Shown: positions 17,035 to 26,881 of the stretch, in pieces
How the letters are laid out: each line of letters opens with the position of its first letter
Position numbering within the stretch: position 1 is the first letter of the stretch
IMG/VR virus record: IMGVR_UViG_3300046010_009690
Span: 1 to 54,719 of that record
Source of the DNA: a virus
Lineage: Duplodnaviria; Caudoviricetes
Length of the DNA: 54,719 nt
Strand: one strand, 5' to 3'
The notes under the pieces: model-generated
What the model was told of the DNA's origin: nothing
What the model saw: only the letters and a program-made list of their open reading frames with translations
The model's database searches: none
Translations under genes and position numbers: made by a program

Positions 17035-18698
17035 TGGTATTCGTGGATTTCAATGGTAAAGCGTTCATGGTGTCAGGAACTCCGACGATGCTTGGCGTAC
17101 TTAGGTCGATTCCTTCTCGTAGATTCGATAAGGAGAGCAAGCTCTGGATTTGCCCGCCTACCAAGACCAATATCGAATTTTTCAAGCGGTTCGGCGCAAT
17201 ATTCACCACGAAAGCGTCGAATTTCATCGAGACTCGGTCTGATATTCAGCGTGGTAAATTACCGTTGACTTTTAACTTCAAAACCGCACCGCTTAATCAT
17301 CAGATGGAAGCACTCCTGCGTTGCATCCCGCAGGACAATTATGCGCTCCTTATGGACCCCGGCACCGGTAAATCGAAGGTGATGATTGACGACGCAGCGT
17401 GCTATTTTCTTGACGGCCAATGCAACGCGGCGATGGTTATTTGCCCGAATTCGATTAAATCGAACTGGCGAGAGGAGATCGAGAAGCACTCGTCTATCGG
17501 GTATGATGTGCATGTTTATGATTCTGGCCAAAAGAAGGCGTTCGATAAGTGGATGACTGAGCCCTTCGCTGACGGAGTCAAGTGGGCGATCATGCCGGTA
17601 GAGTCATTCTCGCAGGGCGATGCGTACAAATACGCCGAGAAATTCGCACTTATCACGCGACCCGTATTGTATGTTGATGAATCGAGCCGCATTAAATCGC
17701 ATGATGCTAACCGCACCAAGGCGATAACCAAGCTTGGTCGTGCCTTCAAACGCAGGAGAATCGCAACCGGCACCGCGATAACCAAGGGGCCACAGGATCT
17801 GTACTCACAATACACTTTCATGGATCCGGACATTATTGGAGGCTCGAGTTTCTATGCGTTTCGCAATCGATACTGTGTGATGGGTGGTTATAAGCAAAAG
17901 CAAATTATCGGAGCGCAGAATGAGGAAGAGCTTTTGCAGCTTATCAGTCCGTACACCTTCCGCGCATCAAAGGCTGAGTGTCTTGATTTGCCGCCGAAAG
18001 TATATCAAGTGCGCCGCGTAGAGCCGAACCCTGCACAAAAGACCGCGTACACCGAACTCAAGAAAGAGGGCTACACCGAGTACGATGGCTCGATCGCATC
18101 GTTCACCAACGTGCTCGTGCGTGATTTACGGTTACAGCAGATTTCATCGGGTTTCTTTCCCGGTGCGAAAGTCGTCGATGGTATGATTCTCGAGAATCAA
18201 GTGAATCCCGAGCCTTTCCCTGGCAAAAACCCGAAGATTGAAGAGCTCCTTCAAGTCGTTGATGAGATCGACGGTAAAGTGATTGTGTGGTGTCGGTTCC
18301 AACGCGAAGTTACGCTCGCAGCGGAAGCTTTGTCGAAGGTTGCGCCCACTGTGACGTTTTACGGCTTAAACACTACCGAGGAGAATACACTTTCAAGGCA
18401 GCGGTTCATGAACGACCCTGATGTGCGATTCTTTGTCGGAACACAGAGTGCTGGCGGTATTGGCATCACATTGGTGTCCGCATCAACCGTTGTATATTTG
18501 AGTAACACATTCATGCTCGATGATCGAATCCAGAGCGAGGACCGCGCACATCGCATCGGGCAGACGAGCGAATCGGTATTGTATATTGATATCTTGATCG
18601 ACGGGGGTTGGGTAGATTCGCGGGTGCTTGATGCACTCAAGAACAACCGTAACTATGCCGATTGGCTGATGGAAGAAATACGGAAGCTTGCGTCCTGA
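17034..18698 (+). CDS. SNF2-family (SF2) helicase
   Basis: MDPGTGKS, DES, TGT, QSEDRAHRIGQ motifs. Confidence 0.9.
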   Translation: MVFVDFNGKAFMVSGTPTMLGVLRSIPSRRFDKESKLWICPPTKTNIEFFKRFGAIFTTKASNFIETRSDIQRGKLPLTFNFKTAPLNHQMEALLRCIPQDNYALLMDPGTGKSKVMIDDAACYFLDGQCNAAMVICPNSIKSNWREEIEKHSSIGYDVHVYDSGQKKAFDKWMTEPFADGVKWAIMPVESFSQGDAYKYAEKFALITRPVLYVDESSRIKSHDANRTKAITKLGRAFKRRRIATGTAITKGPQDLYSQYTFMDPDIIGGSSFYAFRNRYCVMGGYKQKQIIGAQNEEELLQLISPYTFRASKAECLDLPPKVYQVRRVEPNPAQKTAYTELKKEGYTEYDGSIASFTNVLVRDLRLQQISSGFFPGAKVVDGMILENQVNPEPFPGKNPKIEELLQVVDEIDGKVIVWCRFQREVTLAAEALSKVAPTVTFYGLNTTEENTLSRQRFMNDPDVRFFVGTQSAGGIGITLVSASTVVYLSNTFMLDDRIQSEDRAHRIGQTSESVLYIDILIDGGWVDSRVLDALKNNRNYADWLMEEIRKLAS

Positions 18699-18716
18699 CG
18701 CGCCCGGTGTTATAAT
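18688..18716 (+). promoter_or_regulatory. Sigma70-like promoter
   Basis: TTGCGT-N17-TATAAT. Confidence 0.75.
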
Positions 18717-18742
18717 CCAAAGATAGAGTTATAGGAGGATAT

Positions 18743-19042
18743 GTGGCAAAGGTCTTCGTGGTGCAGCGCACAGAGCATAACTTTGTGCCAGCAACCGACT
18801 TCGGCGATATCGAATTTGTGGCGTTGGTGAACTACCCGAAATTCGAGAACCCGCAGAAGCATATTGATTTCATGAAGTCCAAGCTCGAGAGCTTTGGCCC
18901 TGCAGATTATTTGTTGATCGTCGGCGACCCGCTGAATATAGGAGTGGCGATGGCGATCTTGGCGAAGCGCGGTGCGTTTACCGTGCTGAAATGGGATAAT
19001 ATGGCAAACAAATACGTCCCGGTTAACATCAGAGGAATATAG
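18743..19042 (+). CDS. Conserved hypothetical phage protein
   Basis: Strong RBS AGGAGG; DYLLIVGDP motif; replication module. Confidence 0.7.
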   Translation: MAKVFVVQRTEHNFVPATDFGDIEFVALVNYPKFENPQKHIDFMKSKLESFGPADYLLIVGDPLNIGVAMAILAKRGAFTVLKWDNMANKYVPVNIRGI

Positions 19043-19045
19043 CTA

Positions 19046-19468
19046 ATGGACATTAAATACCCTGAATATGAGAATCTTGCCCTTGAAGATGCCGTTGAGG
19101 TCTTCGCCAAGCTGAACAAAGAGCTTGATGAGATCACTGAGAAGAAGGCCGATTTGCAGAACCGCTATGATGTGTTGCGTCGTGCGGTTATCCCGAAGTT
19201 GATGGAAGACAAAGACATCACCTCGGCAAAGTTCAGCAATATTGGTCGCGGTATCCGCATTCAGGATGAGTTCTTCGTTTCGTCGCGTGAGGAACAACGG
19301 GAGGCACTGCACCAGTGGCTCGTGGATCATGGCGAATCGGCACTCATCAAGGAATCCGTCGCATCGTCGACACTGAAGGCGTTCGTGTCGCGAGCGATGA
19401 AAGAGGGCAACGAGTACCCGGTCGATTGTGTCAATGTCACGATCGTGCCGACCGCTCGATTTTACTGA
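19046..19468 (+). CDS. Conserved hypothetical replication-module protein
   Basis: Coiled coil followed by WL..G...LIKE.V..STLKAFV. Confidence 0.7.
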   Translation: MDIKYPEYENLALEDAVEVFAKLNKELDEITEKKADLQNRYDVLRRAVIPKLMEDKDITSAKFSNIGRGIRIQDEFFVSSREEQREALHQWLVDHGESALIKESVASSTLKAFVSRAMKEGNEYPVDCVNVTIVPTARFY

Positions 19469-19523
19469 CGTTAGAGGGTGGCAGCTCTAGCGTTTCACAC
19501 ATAGGCCAAAAGGAGTTATATCA

Positions 19524-20264
19524 ATGGCGAAGAAAGAAGTAGCAGTTCAGCGGCAGACTGAACTTGCCGTAGCCGGACAGGTTCCGGATTTTCTGCAGCA
19601 GTACGGCTCGGTTGGCAACGAGTCGGTTGGTGTTGAGGACATCGTTATCCCGCGGCTTGGGCTCGTTCAACAGCTCTCGCCTGAGGTTGATGATTCTGAC
19701 CCGAAGTACATCGAGGGCATCAAGCCCGGTGACTTTTTCAATTCGCTCACTCGCGAACTCTACGCGTCACCCGTTCCCGTTGTGTTCGTTGATCGCAAGA
19801 AGGAATACGTTGTATTCAAGAAGCGGTCGGCGGGCGGCGGCTACCGCGGCAGTTATGGCACCGAGCTCGAGGCCAAGCAAGCCATCGCGACGGGCGAAGA
19901 CCCTGCTGACCAGATGGAAATTGTCGAGACCGCGACCAATTTCGGTCTTATTCTCGATGAGGCGGGCAACGTTCGCTCTGAGATCGTGATTCCGATGACC
20001 AGCACCAAGCTGAAGGTTGATCGACAGATCAATTCGATGATTCGTCTGCGCGGTGCCGCCCGATTCTCATCGATCTTTTACTTGGATTCGACCAAGGAGA
20101 AGAACGACAAAGGCACATTTTACAACATTCGTGCTACAATCGGGCCTTGGGTGTCGCAAGGAATTGCGTCCGCGGCCAAGCGGATGTATGATGCTATTCA
20201 CTCTGGTGACCGGAAAGTTGATACCGGTTACGAGAACGATCAGCCAGCTGAAGAACGCTTCTAG
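19524..20264 (+). CDS. Putative ssDNA-binding / annealing protein
   Basis: IPRL.LVQ.LSP, YIEG.KPGDFFN motifs; acidic C-terminal tail ending in Phe. Confidence 0.6.
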   Translation: MAKKEVAVQRQTELAVAGQVPDFLQQYGSVGNESVGVEDIVIPRLGLVQQLSPEVDDSDPKYIEGIKPGDFFNSLTRELYASPVPVVFVDRKKEYVVFKKRSAGGGYRGSYGTELEAKQAIATGEDPADQMEIVETATNFGLILDEAGNVRSEIVIPMTSTKLKVDRQINSMIRLRGAARFSSIFYLDSTKEKNDKGTFYNIRATIGPWVSQGIASAAKRMYDAIHSGDRKVDTGYENDQPAEERF

Positions 20265-20278
20265 AGAGACCTCTGCTT

Positions 20279-20303
20279 GGGGGGCTCCGGCCCCCCTTTT
20301 TTT
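20279..20303 (+). terminator. Rho-independent terminator
   Basis: GGGGGGC-TCCG-GCCCCCC followed by T7. Confidence 0.85.
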
Positions 20304-20310
20304 ATAGCTT

Positions 20311-21651
20311 ATGGACGTTAGATTAATTTTTGGCCCTCCGGGGACCGGTAAAACGCGCTTGATGGTGGAACTTGCCGGTCAAGCAAAGAAGCCCATGTTC
20401 CTCGCGTTCACCCGGTCGGCTGCGCAGGAAATTCGAAACCGCTGCGGCTCCGCTTCATCGACGATCCACGCGTTCGCATTTGCTGAACTCGGCCTTACTC
20501 GAGTCGAAGTCGTTGATCATGCGAAGCTTCGACAGTTCGGTGAGTATATTGGTTACGAATTCTCGTCAGGCGATGAAGAGATGGCAGCACCAACGGTGGG
20601 TGACGTGTTGTTGCAGATGAATCAATACATGACCGCCACGTGCACGGATGCTAACCACACATATGAGGTCTTTCATCCGGACGAAGCGTCATACGACATG
20701 TTCGTGCATTTTAACGATGGTTACGAGACATGGAAGAAGTCGTTCGGTGTCGTTGACTTCAATGATATGCTTACCCGTTATCTCGCAACCAACATGGGTT
20801 TCCCGTATGAAGAGTTGTTTGTAGACGAGGCGCAGGATCTGTCGCCCTTGCAATGGCGAATCATCGAGAAGTTAACTGCTCTTGTGCAGCGTGTGTATGT
20901 TGCCGGTGATGATGATCAAGCAGTACACTCTTGGGCGGGCGCTGATCCGCACGGCATGGCTAAATTTGTGAAGGCACACAATGCGAAATCGAAAGTCCTT
21001 GATCAGTCGCACCGAGTCCCATCGACCGTTCACGAATTGGCACAGTCTGTCATTTCACGCGTCGGCGACCGAGTACCAAAGACCTATCGGCCGCGGGCTG
21101 ATAAAGGTGTTCTTCTCAAGTACGGCCGCATGGATATTGCGATTGAGGAATCGGGGCTTGGGTCGATGATTCTGTGTCGCGACAAATCAACGAAGAGCGA
21201 AGCTGAAAAGTGGTTGATTGAGCAGAATTTGCCTTACATCGCGAACAACGGCTCGAGTCTCTTCCAGTCTCGTTACGCGACCGCCATTCGCGAGCTCCGT
21301 AAACTGCAGCGCGGCGAATTCAACAAGTTTAACAACAAACACCTTCGGCGCGATGTGTCGCCGATACAAGCGTTATCGATGGACGCGATCGAAGCGGTAA
21401 GCATACCACCTTATTTTTATGATTACTTTCGTAACGTCGATCTCGACTGCTCGAAGCCGTATATTTTGTCCACTATCCATGCGTCGAAAGGACTCGAGGC
21501 GGATAACGTTGTCCTGCTCAACGGGATGTCCGACCGGGTCTACGGGAAGCTAGATGACAATGAATACCGGGTATGGTACGTTGGTGTCACCCGAGCCCGG
21601 AGAGAGCTTCGCGTGGTACATATGGACAATCCGCTACAAGTACTGGTATAA
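20311..21651 (+). CDS. UvrD/Rep-like SF1 helicase
   Basis: GPPGTGKT, DEAQD, GDDDQ, STIHASKGLE, YVGVTRAR motifs. Confidence 0.9.
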   Translation: MDVRLIFGPPGTGKTRLMVELAGQAKKPMFLAFTRSAAQEIRNRCGSASSTIHAFAFAELGLTRVEVVDHAKLRQFGEYIGYEFSSGDEEMAAPTVGDVLLQMNQYMTATCTDANHTYEVFHPDEASYDMFVHFNDGYETWKKSFGVVDFNDMLTRYLATNMGFPYEELFVDEAQDLSPLQWRIIEKLTALVQRVYVAGDDDQAVHSWAGADPHGMAKFVKAHNAKSKVLDQSHRVPSTVHELAQSVISRVGDRVPKTYRPRADKGVLLKYGRMDIAIEESGLGSMILCRDKSTKSEAEKWLIEQNLPYIANNGSSLFQSRYATAIRELRKLQRGEFNKFNNKHLRRDVSPIQALSMDAIEAVSIPPYFYDYFRNVDLDCSKPYILSTIHASKGLEADNVVLLNGMSDRVYGKLDDNEYRVWYVGVTRARRELRVVHMDNPLQVLV

Positions 21652-21652
21652 T
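21623..21652 (+). promoter_or_regulatory. Extended -10 promoter for the polymerase-purZ operon
   Basis: TGGACA-N18-TATAAT with TGn; ATG only 12 nt downstream. Confidence 0.5.
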
Positions 21653-21663
21653 CGAGCAATAGT

Positions 21664-23484
21664 ATGATAGAGTTATCTAAATATGATGTGGTCGCGCTCG
21701 ATACCGAGACGACCGGACTTCAATTCTGGAAGGATCGTGCTTATGCGCTCGTGTATGCAACGCCGGATGGCAAGTCGGACTGTCTCGACCTTCGGAAGCC
21801 CGAGGTGTTGTCATGGGCGCGTCGCGAGATCCCCAAGATTCGATGCGTGGCCGGTCATAATCTTAAATTTGATGCCCATTTCCTGCGCGAACTTGGTATT
21901 TCGATCATGGGCTCCGCCATGCGGGATACCATGGTTGCCGCGGCGCTGATCGACGAGCACCTCCCCTCTTACAGCCTCGATTTCGTCGGCAAAAAATACG
22001 TCGGTCTTGGTAAAGCGACCGAGACTTATAGCAAGCTTTCTGCCATGTTTGGCGGCAAAGCGACTCGCGAAGCTCAGATGATGAATCTTGTGAAGGCTCC
22101 GTGGGGAGTGATTCGTGATTACGCGATCCCTGATGCCGTCGCTACTTTGAAGCTTTGGCAGTGGCAAGAACAAGAAATCCGCAATCAAGAGCTCGAGGCC
22201 GTTTGGGACGTCGAGATGAAGCTACTTAACGTGCTTATCGACGTTGAGCGCCAAGGTGTCCGAGTGAACGTCGAGGCCGCGAACCGGGCTGTCCAAGACA
22301 TTTCGGAGATCGTCCGTCGCGAGCAGAATGAGCTGAACGAACTCGCTGGCTTTGAAGTTAACCCGAATCCGAGCAAGACGATCGCGCAGTTGTTTAAACC
22401 CGAGAAGGACGAGTCTGGTCGGTGGAAGCTGATTGATGGTACGTATGCCGAGACCACCGAGGGTGGTGCACCGTCGATCAACGCTGATGTGCTACGCCGC
22501 ATGCGGCATCCCGCTGCGGGCAAAATTTTAAAGTTGCGCCAGCTCATCAAGACCCGCGATACTTTTCTGCTTGGTCACATCCTCGGGCATCACCACGACG
22601 GTGTGATTCACGCGAACTTCAACCAGACGAAGTCGGATAATGATCTCGGTACTGGTACCGGCCGTTTGTCGTGCAACGCTCCCGCTTTGCAGCAGATTCA
22701 CAAGCGCAATAAAGAAGTCGCGCAGATCGTTCGCGCAGTGTTTGTGCCAGACGAGGGCCAAGAGTGGCACTGTCACGATTGGGCGCAAATGGACTTCCGT
22801 GTGTTCGCGCACTACGTGCAGAACCCACGTGTGTTTAAAATGTACCGTGAGAATCCGGACGCAGACTTCCACCAGATGGTATCTGATATGACAGGCCTTC
22901 CGCGATCACCGACCGTTGGTATCAAAGGAAACGCGAAGCAGATCAATCTCGGCCTCGTTTTCGGTATGGGTGAGGGTAAACTCGCGCAGGAGATGGGACT
23001 TCCGTACACCACCGAGACTGACAAGAGCGGTCGCGAGTGGACACGTGCGGGCGACGAGGCGAAGGAAGTCTTTCGTAAGTACCACGAGGCGGTTCCCGGA
23101 GTAAAGGATCTGTTGTCGTTGGCGTCGACTCGAGCCAAATCCCGCGGCCATGTGCGCACGATCCTCGGTCGCCGGATCCGGTTCCCCGGTGGGCAATACA
23201 CTCACAAGGCGGGCGGGTTGATATTCCAGGGTTCCGCAGCCGATGCCCTTAAGGTGAAGCTCGTCGAGGTCCACGAGGCCCTCCGCGGTACGGAGGCTAG
23301 GTTAATACTGAATGTGCACGACGAATTCGACGTGAGCGCTCCCGTTGGCTCCCGTGATACGATCGGCACTCAGGTACAGCGTGTCATTCGCCATTTCGAC
23401 GGCGAAGGCACACCAATAAAATTCGACGTCCCCATTATGTCCGATCTCGGCATAGGGCCGAATTGGTGGGAAGCGTCAAAGTAG
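21664..23484 (+). CDS. dpoZ: Family A DNA polymerase with 3'-5' exonuclease and no 5' nuclease; candidate Z-selective DpoZ
   Basis: DTETTG, HNLKFD, TGRLS, DWAQMDFR, AKQINLGLVFG, VHDE motifs; adjacent to purZ. DpoZ specificity is inferred from context only. Confidence 0.75.
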   Translation: MIELSKYDVVALDTETTGLQFWKDRAYALVYATPDGKSDCLDLRKPEVLSWARREIPKIRCVAGHNLKFDAHFLRELGISIMGSAMRDTMVAAALIDEHLPSYSLDFVGKKYVGLGKATETYSKLSAMFGGKATREAQMMNLVKAPWGVIRDYAIPDAVATLKLWQWQEQEIRNQELEAVWDVEMKLLNVLIDVERQGVRVNVEAANRAVQDISEIVRREQNELNELAGFEVNPNPSKTIAQLFKPEKDESGRWKLIDGTYAETTEGGAPSINADVLRRMRHPAAGKILKLRQLIKTRDTFLLGHILGHHHDGVIHANFNQTKSDNDLGTGTGRLSCNAPALQQIHKRNKEVAQIVRAVFVPDEGQEWHCHDWAQMDFRVFAHYVQNPRVFKMYRENPDADFHQMVSDMTGLPRSPTVGIKGNAKQINLGLVFGMGEGKLAQEMGLPYTTETDKSGREWTRAGDEAKEVFRKYHEAVPGVKDLLSLASTRAKSRGHVRTILGRRIRFPGGQYTHKAGGLIFQGSAADALKVKLVEVHEALRGTEARLILNVHDEFDVSAPVGSRDTIGTQVQRVIRHFDGEGTPIKFDVPIMSDLGIGPNWWEASK

Positions 23485-23492
23485 GAGCTAAT

Positions 23493-24512
23493 ATGCGTTG
23501 TTACGATCTAATTATCGATTGTCAGTTCGGTTCCACCGGCAAGGGGCTGATCGCGGGTTACCTTGCTAAGAAAAATCGACCCGATACCATCATCACGGCG
23601 TGGGCTCCGAATGCGGGCCACACGTTCATTGACGAGAACGGTCGCAAATTCGTGCACACGATGCTCGGCAACGGTATCGTGTCGCCGGGCCTCAAGCGCG
23701 TTATGATCGGGCCGGGGTCGGTGATCGACGTTCATGCGCTGCTGGCCGAGCTGAATGCGTGTAGCGATTTGGTCAGCGTTGATCAGGTCATCATTCACCC
23801 GCAAGCCGCGGTTGTGTCACAGCGTCACCGCGACGAGGAAGCGGGGCCGATGACCAAAATCGGCTCGACCAAGAAAGGCACCGGTGCCGCGATGATTCAG
23901 CGCATTCGGCGCAATCCCGAGGATCTCAACAATGCCGCGACCGAAATCGCACTGACGCCGCTGTCGAAATGCTTGGTGACGGTGAAAGAGTGGCACGAGA
24001 TCATGCACGACGAGGTCGAATACGCTCAGGTCGAGAGTGCGCAAGGCTACTCGCTGTCGATGTACAACGGATTCTACCCGTACACCACGTCGCGTGATGT
24101 GTCGACTGCGCAGACGATCGCCGATTGTGGCCTTCCGTATGGCGTCGCTGGTCAGATCATCGGTACTTGCCGCACGTTCCCGATCCGCGTCGCTAATCGA
24201 TTCGACACTGACGGCAAGCAGGTCGGCTGGAGCGGGCCGCATTATGACGATCAGGAGGAGACCTCTTTTGAGGCCATCGGCCAGAAAACCGAGCTCACGA
24301 CGGTGACGAAGCTTCCGCGTCGGATCTTTACTTACAGCAAGGAGCAGATTCGTCAGGCGGTGCGGGTGAATGGCGTTACGAAGATGTTCCTGAACTTCGC
24401 GAATTACGCGACGCAGGAGCAACTCGACGAAATTGCCAATCACATTGAGTCGCTCACCGATTTGAACTGGCTGGGTTGGGGTCCGACCGAGGAGGACGTG
24501 CGCCGTGTCTGA
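23493..24512 (+). CDS. purZ: 2-amino-deoxyadenylosuccinate synthetase PurZ
   Basis: PurA fold with QFGSTGKG (Ser in place of the catalytic Asp of GDEGKG), NAGHT, YPYTTSR, TTVTKLPRR, NFAN. Confidence 0.93.
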   Translation: MRCYDLIIDCQFGSTGKGLIAGYLAKKNRPDTIITAWAPNAGHTFIDENGRKFVHTMLGNGIVSPGLKRVMIGPGSVIDVHALLAELNACSDLVSVDQVIIHPQAAVVSQRHRDEEAGPMTKIGSTKKGTGAAMIQRIRRNPEDLNNAATEIALTPLSKCLVTVKEWHEIMHDEVEYAQVESAQGYSLSMYNGFYPYTTSRDVSTAQTIADCGLPYGVAGQIIGTCRTFPIRVANRFDTDGKQVGWSGPHYDDQEETSFEAIGQKTELTTVTKLPRRIFTYSKEQIRQAVRVNGVTKMFLNFANYATQEQLDEIANHIESLTDLNWLGWGPTEEDVRRV

Positions 24513-24927
24513 GATCCGAGAACTTCAGCATTTGATCGGCAGCTGGGCCGATGAAGTGTTTCCTGATCGCACCATGCAATCCGCTGCTTTGAAGCTCTAC
24601 GAGGAAATCGGCGAAATGCTGCGCAATCCGTCGAGCGAGGACGAACACGCGGATATTTACATCATGATGTTCGATCTATCGCGCATGTACGGGATTGACG
24701 TCGCGGCGGCGGTTCGTCGGAAGATGGCTCGCAACCGTCTCCGTTCGTGGCGAAAGACCGAGACCGGGACGCTTCAGCACACGGGCGAGTCCGAGGATGA
24801 GTGGAGCATGTACGAGTGTGGCCGTCGGGACGCGATCGACGGCCGATTCCCGTTCTTCGCTGACGAGATGTACATGAAAGGCTATCATGATGCCGGAGCT
24901 GAGAATGAAGGATCAAATCCCGATTGA
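24505..24927 (+). CDS. mazZ: MazG-like (d)GTP pyrophosphohydrolase MazZ
   Basis: KLYEEIGE...EHAD...DL...VRRKM.RN..RSW all-alpha NTP-PPase motif, resembling S-2L MazZ as recalled; overlaps purZ. Confidence 0.8.
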   Translation: MSEIRELQHLIGSWADEVFPDRTMQSAALKLYEEIGEMLRNPSSEDEHADIYIMMFDLSRMYGIDVAAAVRRKMARNRLRSWRKTETGTLQHTGESEDEWSMYECGRRDAIDGRFPFFADEMYMKGYHDAGAENEGSNPD

Positions 24928-25225
24928 GCGCACCGGTGTTAAGGACGACCGGGAGAAGCCGATGATGGGCATAGTCTTCCGTGACTTTGCGCGGGCTCTC
25001 GAGGCGGTTGGTGACGTAGGTACCTATGGTGTCAGGAAGTACGCCGCGCACGGCTGGGAGACCGTCCCGGAAGCCGACAGGCGGTATATGGATGCGATGA
25101 TTCGACACATGCTGAGTCACCTACAGGGGGAGGACAAGGATCCAGAGTCCGACCTCAATCACCTTGCACACATGGCATGGAATGCATTGTGTGTGCTCGA
25201 ACTTCAGCTGAGGGCAAAGAAATGA
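24887..25225 (+). CDS. DUF5664-type putative dATP/dGTP diphosphohydrolase
   Basis: GVKDD..K, YG..KY...W, DA..RH, D.ES.L.HLAH.AWN motifs. Confidence 0.8.
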   Translation: MMPELRMKDQIPIERTGVKDDREKPMMGIVFRDFARALEAVGDVGTYGVRKYAAHGWETVPEADRRYMDAMIRHMLSHLQGEDKDPESDLNHLAHMAWNALCVLELQLRAKK

Positions 25226-25374
25226 GCAAAGCAGGACTTTACGCTAACATCAACGCGAAACGTCGCCGGATCGAAGAGGGCTCGGGCGAGAAGATGCGTC
25301 AGCCGGGTACCAAGGGTGCACCAACTGCGAAGGCGTTCCGCGAGTCCGTAAAAACGGTCAAGAAGCGCAAATGA
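25222..25374 (+). CDS. Small basic conserved phage protein
   Basis: MSKAGLYANINAKRRRI..GSGEKMR.PG.KGAPT..AF motif. Confidence 0.75.
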   Translation: MSKAGLYANINAKRRRIEEGSGEKMRQPGTKGAPTAKAFRESVKTVKKRK

Positions 25375-25922
25375 CCTTCTTAGTCGACACTCCGTATACG
25401 ACCGCCTATGTGCGGGACGAATTCTTGTTCGACGAGCAGGAAGGTCATGGTAACTTCACCCTGTGCACGGTGTTCGGATTCCGAGCTGAACCGGGTCGGG
25501 TGCCGATGTTCCAAGTGATGCTCGAGAACGGAGCGCAGTGGGCGCGTGTCCCTGTGCACATGATCTGCAGCCGACCGTGTGATCCGTTGCCGCTCGAACT
25601 TTCGTGTTGGTGGGACAGCTTCTCGCGCCATTGTACTGTGCACGAGTTCAGCTTTCTGCGTAATCACGCGGTGAAAGGTCTCGGTCGCGACGGCACTCTT
25701 CGCAAGGGTAACTATCTGTTCACGATCGACTGGTCGCATGGCGGCTGGAGCGAGATCCCCGATCAGCACAAGAACCACCACATTATCGCTCTTCAAACGG
25801 GGCAGTGGGTCGCGTACCCCAATAATAAACTCTTGTGGGAGGATCCGAGCTGGACGGACGGTGGCAAACCGCTGCCGAAGTGGAAATCACCATCACGCTT
25901 TTATACTGCGGAGTTCAAATGA
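25371..25922 (+). CDS. Conserved hypothetical phage protein
   Basis: 183 aa, Trp/His/Cys-rich, translationally coupled on both sides. Confidence 0.7.
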   Translation: MTFLVDTPYTTAYVRDEFLFDEQEGHGNFTLCTVFGFRAEPGRVPMFQVMLENGAQWARVPVHMICSRPCDPLPLELSCWWDSFSRHCTVHEFSFLRNHAVKGLGRDGTLRKGNYLFTIDWSHGGWSEIPDQHKNHHIIALQTGQWVAYPNNKLLWEDPSWTDGGKPLPKWKSPSRFYTAEFK

Positions 25923-26881
25923 GCGAGAAAGAATACCTAAAGCGCGACGTCATTAAACAAGCCGAACAGACTTGGTGTAAAATATCGACCGAAGGGAAGC
26001 TCGAGTACCTCGATTGGTCGTTTGTCGAGCAGCAAGCTGCAGCATTCGATGTTGCGGGCGAAGGTGGCGTTCGCGATCAGTCAATGACGATGTGCAAATT
26101 AATTGTTCTCGTGAGACAGCAAACGATCGAGAAAGTCGCACATCTTGTCACCAGATTCGGTGATTTCAATAATGATGCCGCAGCGGTGATCATTTACGAC
26201 CCCACTCGGGTCTCGAAGCCCGATCCCGCCACGTTCGTATTTTTTCATGTTGGTGATGATGTCAGCCAACCCGCGAGGCTTGTGGATTCGATCAAGAAGA
26301 GCAACCCCGGTGCGCGGATTATTATGTGCACCGACATTGACACACCCGAGATTGAGGGTGTTGAGCGGCACGACTTCAAGGTCGATCGGGAGCGGTTGAT
26401 GGTCGAGCGCTGGCGAACGTGGAGCGAGCTCGAGATCAATGGTCCCGCGGTGTATCTCGATACTGACATGGTAGTGCGTGGTGCTGTTGACCCGACTGCG
26501 ATTCTTGGTAGCAAGAAGTATGCATTCTGTAATAGAACGTTTGATCGTATGGTGCCGTTCAACGGACAACAGCGTGGGCTTGACTTTAGTGAGCACCACG
26601 ACCGACCGCTCGGTGTTGTTTATCCGATTCTCGCCTGTTTCACCGTGACGCGCAGTACCAAAGAGTGGCAAACGTTGTACAACTTCGTTAAAGAACAACC
26701 CGACAAATACCAGAGTTGGTACGGCGACCAAGAAGTACTGCGCAACATACTGAGCGATTTGAAGGTATCTGATTATAACCTCGTTGAAGAGTCGCAATAT
26801 GCCTGTCTGCCAGAACATGCCGATAAGCATTCGCCCTTGATCGTACATTACAAGGGAAATCGCAAAAATGCAACCACTTAA
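25919..26881 (+). CDS. GT-A glycosyltransferase with an extra ~95-aa N-terminal domain
   Basis: VYLDTD (DxD), WYGDQ, IVHYKGNRK motifs; ATG at 25919 overlaps the upstream stop. Confidence 0.7.
   Translation: MSEKEYLKRDVIKQAEQTWCKISTEGKLEYLDWSFVEQQAAAFDVAGEGGVRDQSMTMCKLIVLVRQQTIEKVAHLVTRFGDFNNDAAAVIIYDPTRVSKPDPATFVFFHVGDDVSQPARLVDSIKKSNPGARIIMCTDIDTPEIEGVERHDFKVDRERLMVERWRTWSELEINGPAVYLDTDMVVRGAVDPTAILGSKKYAFCNRTFDRMVPFNGQQRGLDFSEHHDRPLGVVYPILACFTVTRSTKEWQTLYNFVKEQPDKYQSWYGDQEVLRNILSDLKVSDYNLVEESQYACLPEHADKHSPLIVHYKGNRKNATT

Noticed and set aside
23493-24512. Ordinary adenylosuccinate synthetase (purA) as an auxiliary metabolic gene
   Set aside because: The catalytic Asp is replaced by Ser (GSTGKG), other PurZ-type residues are present, and the gene lies with mazZ, datZ and the polymerase
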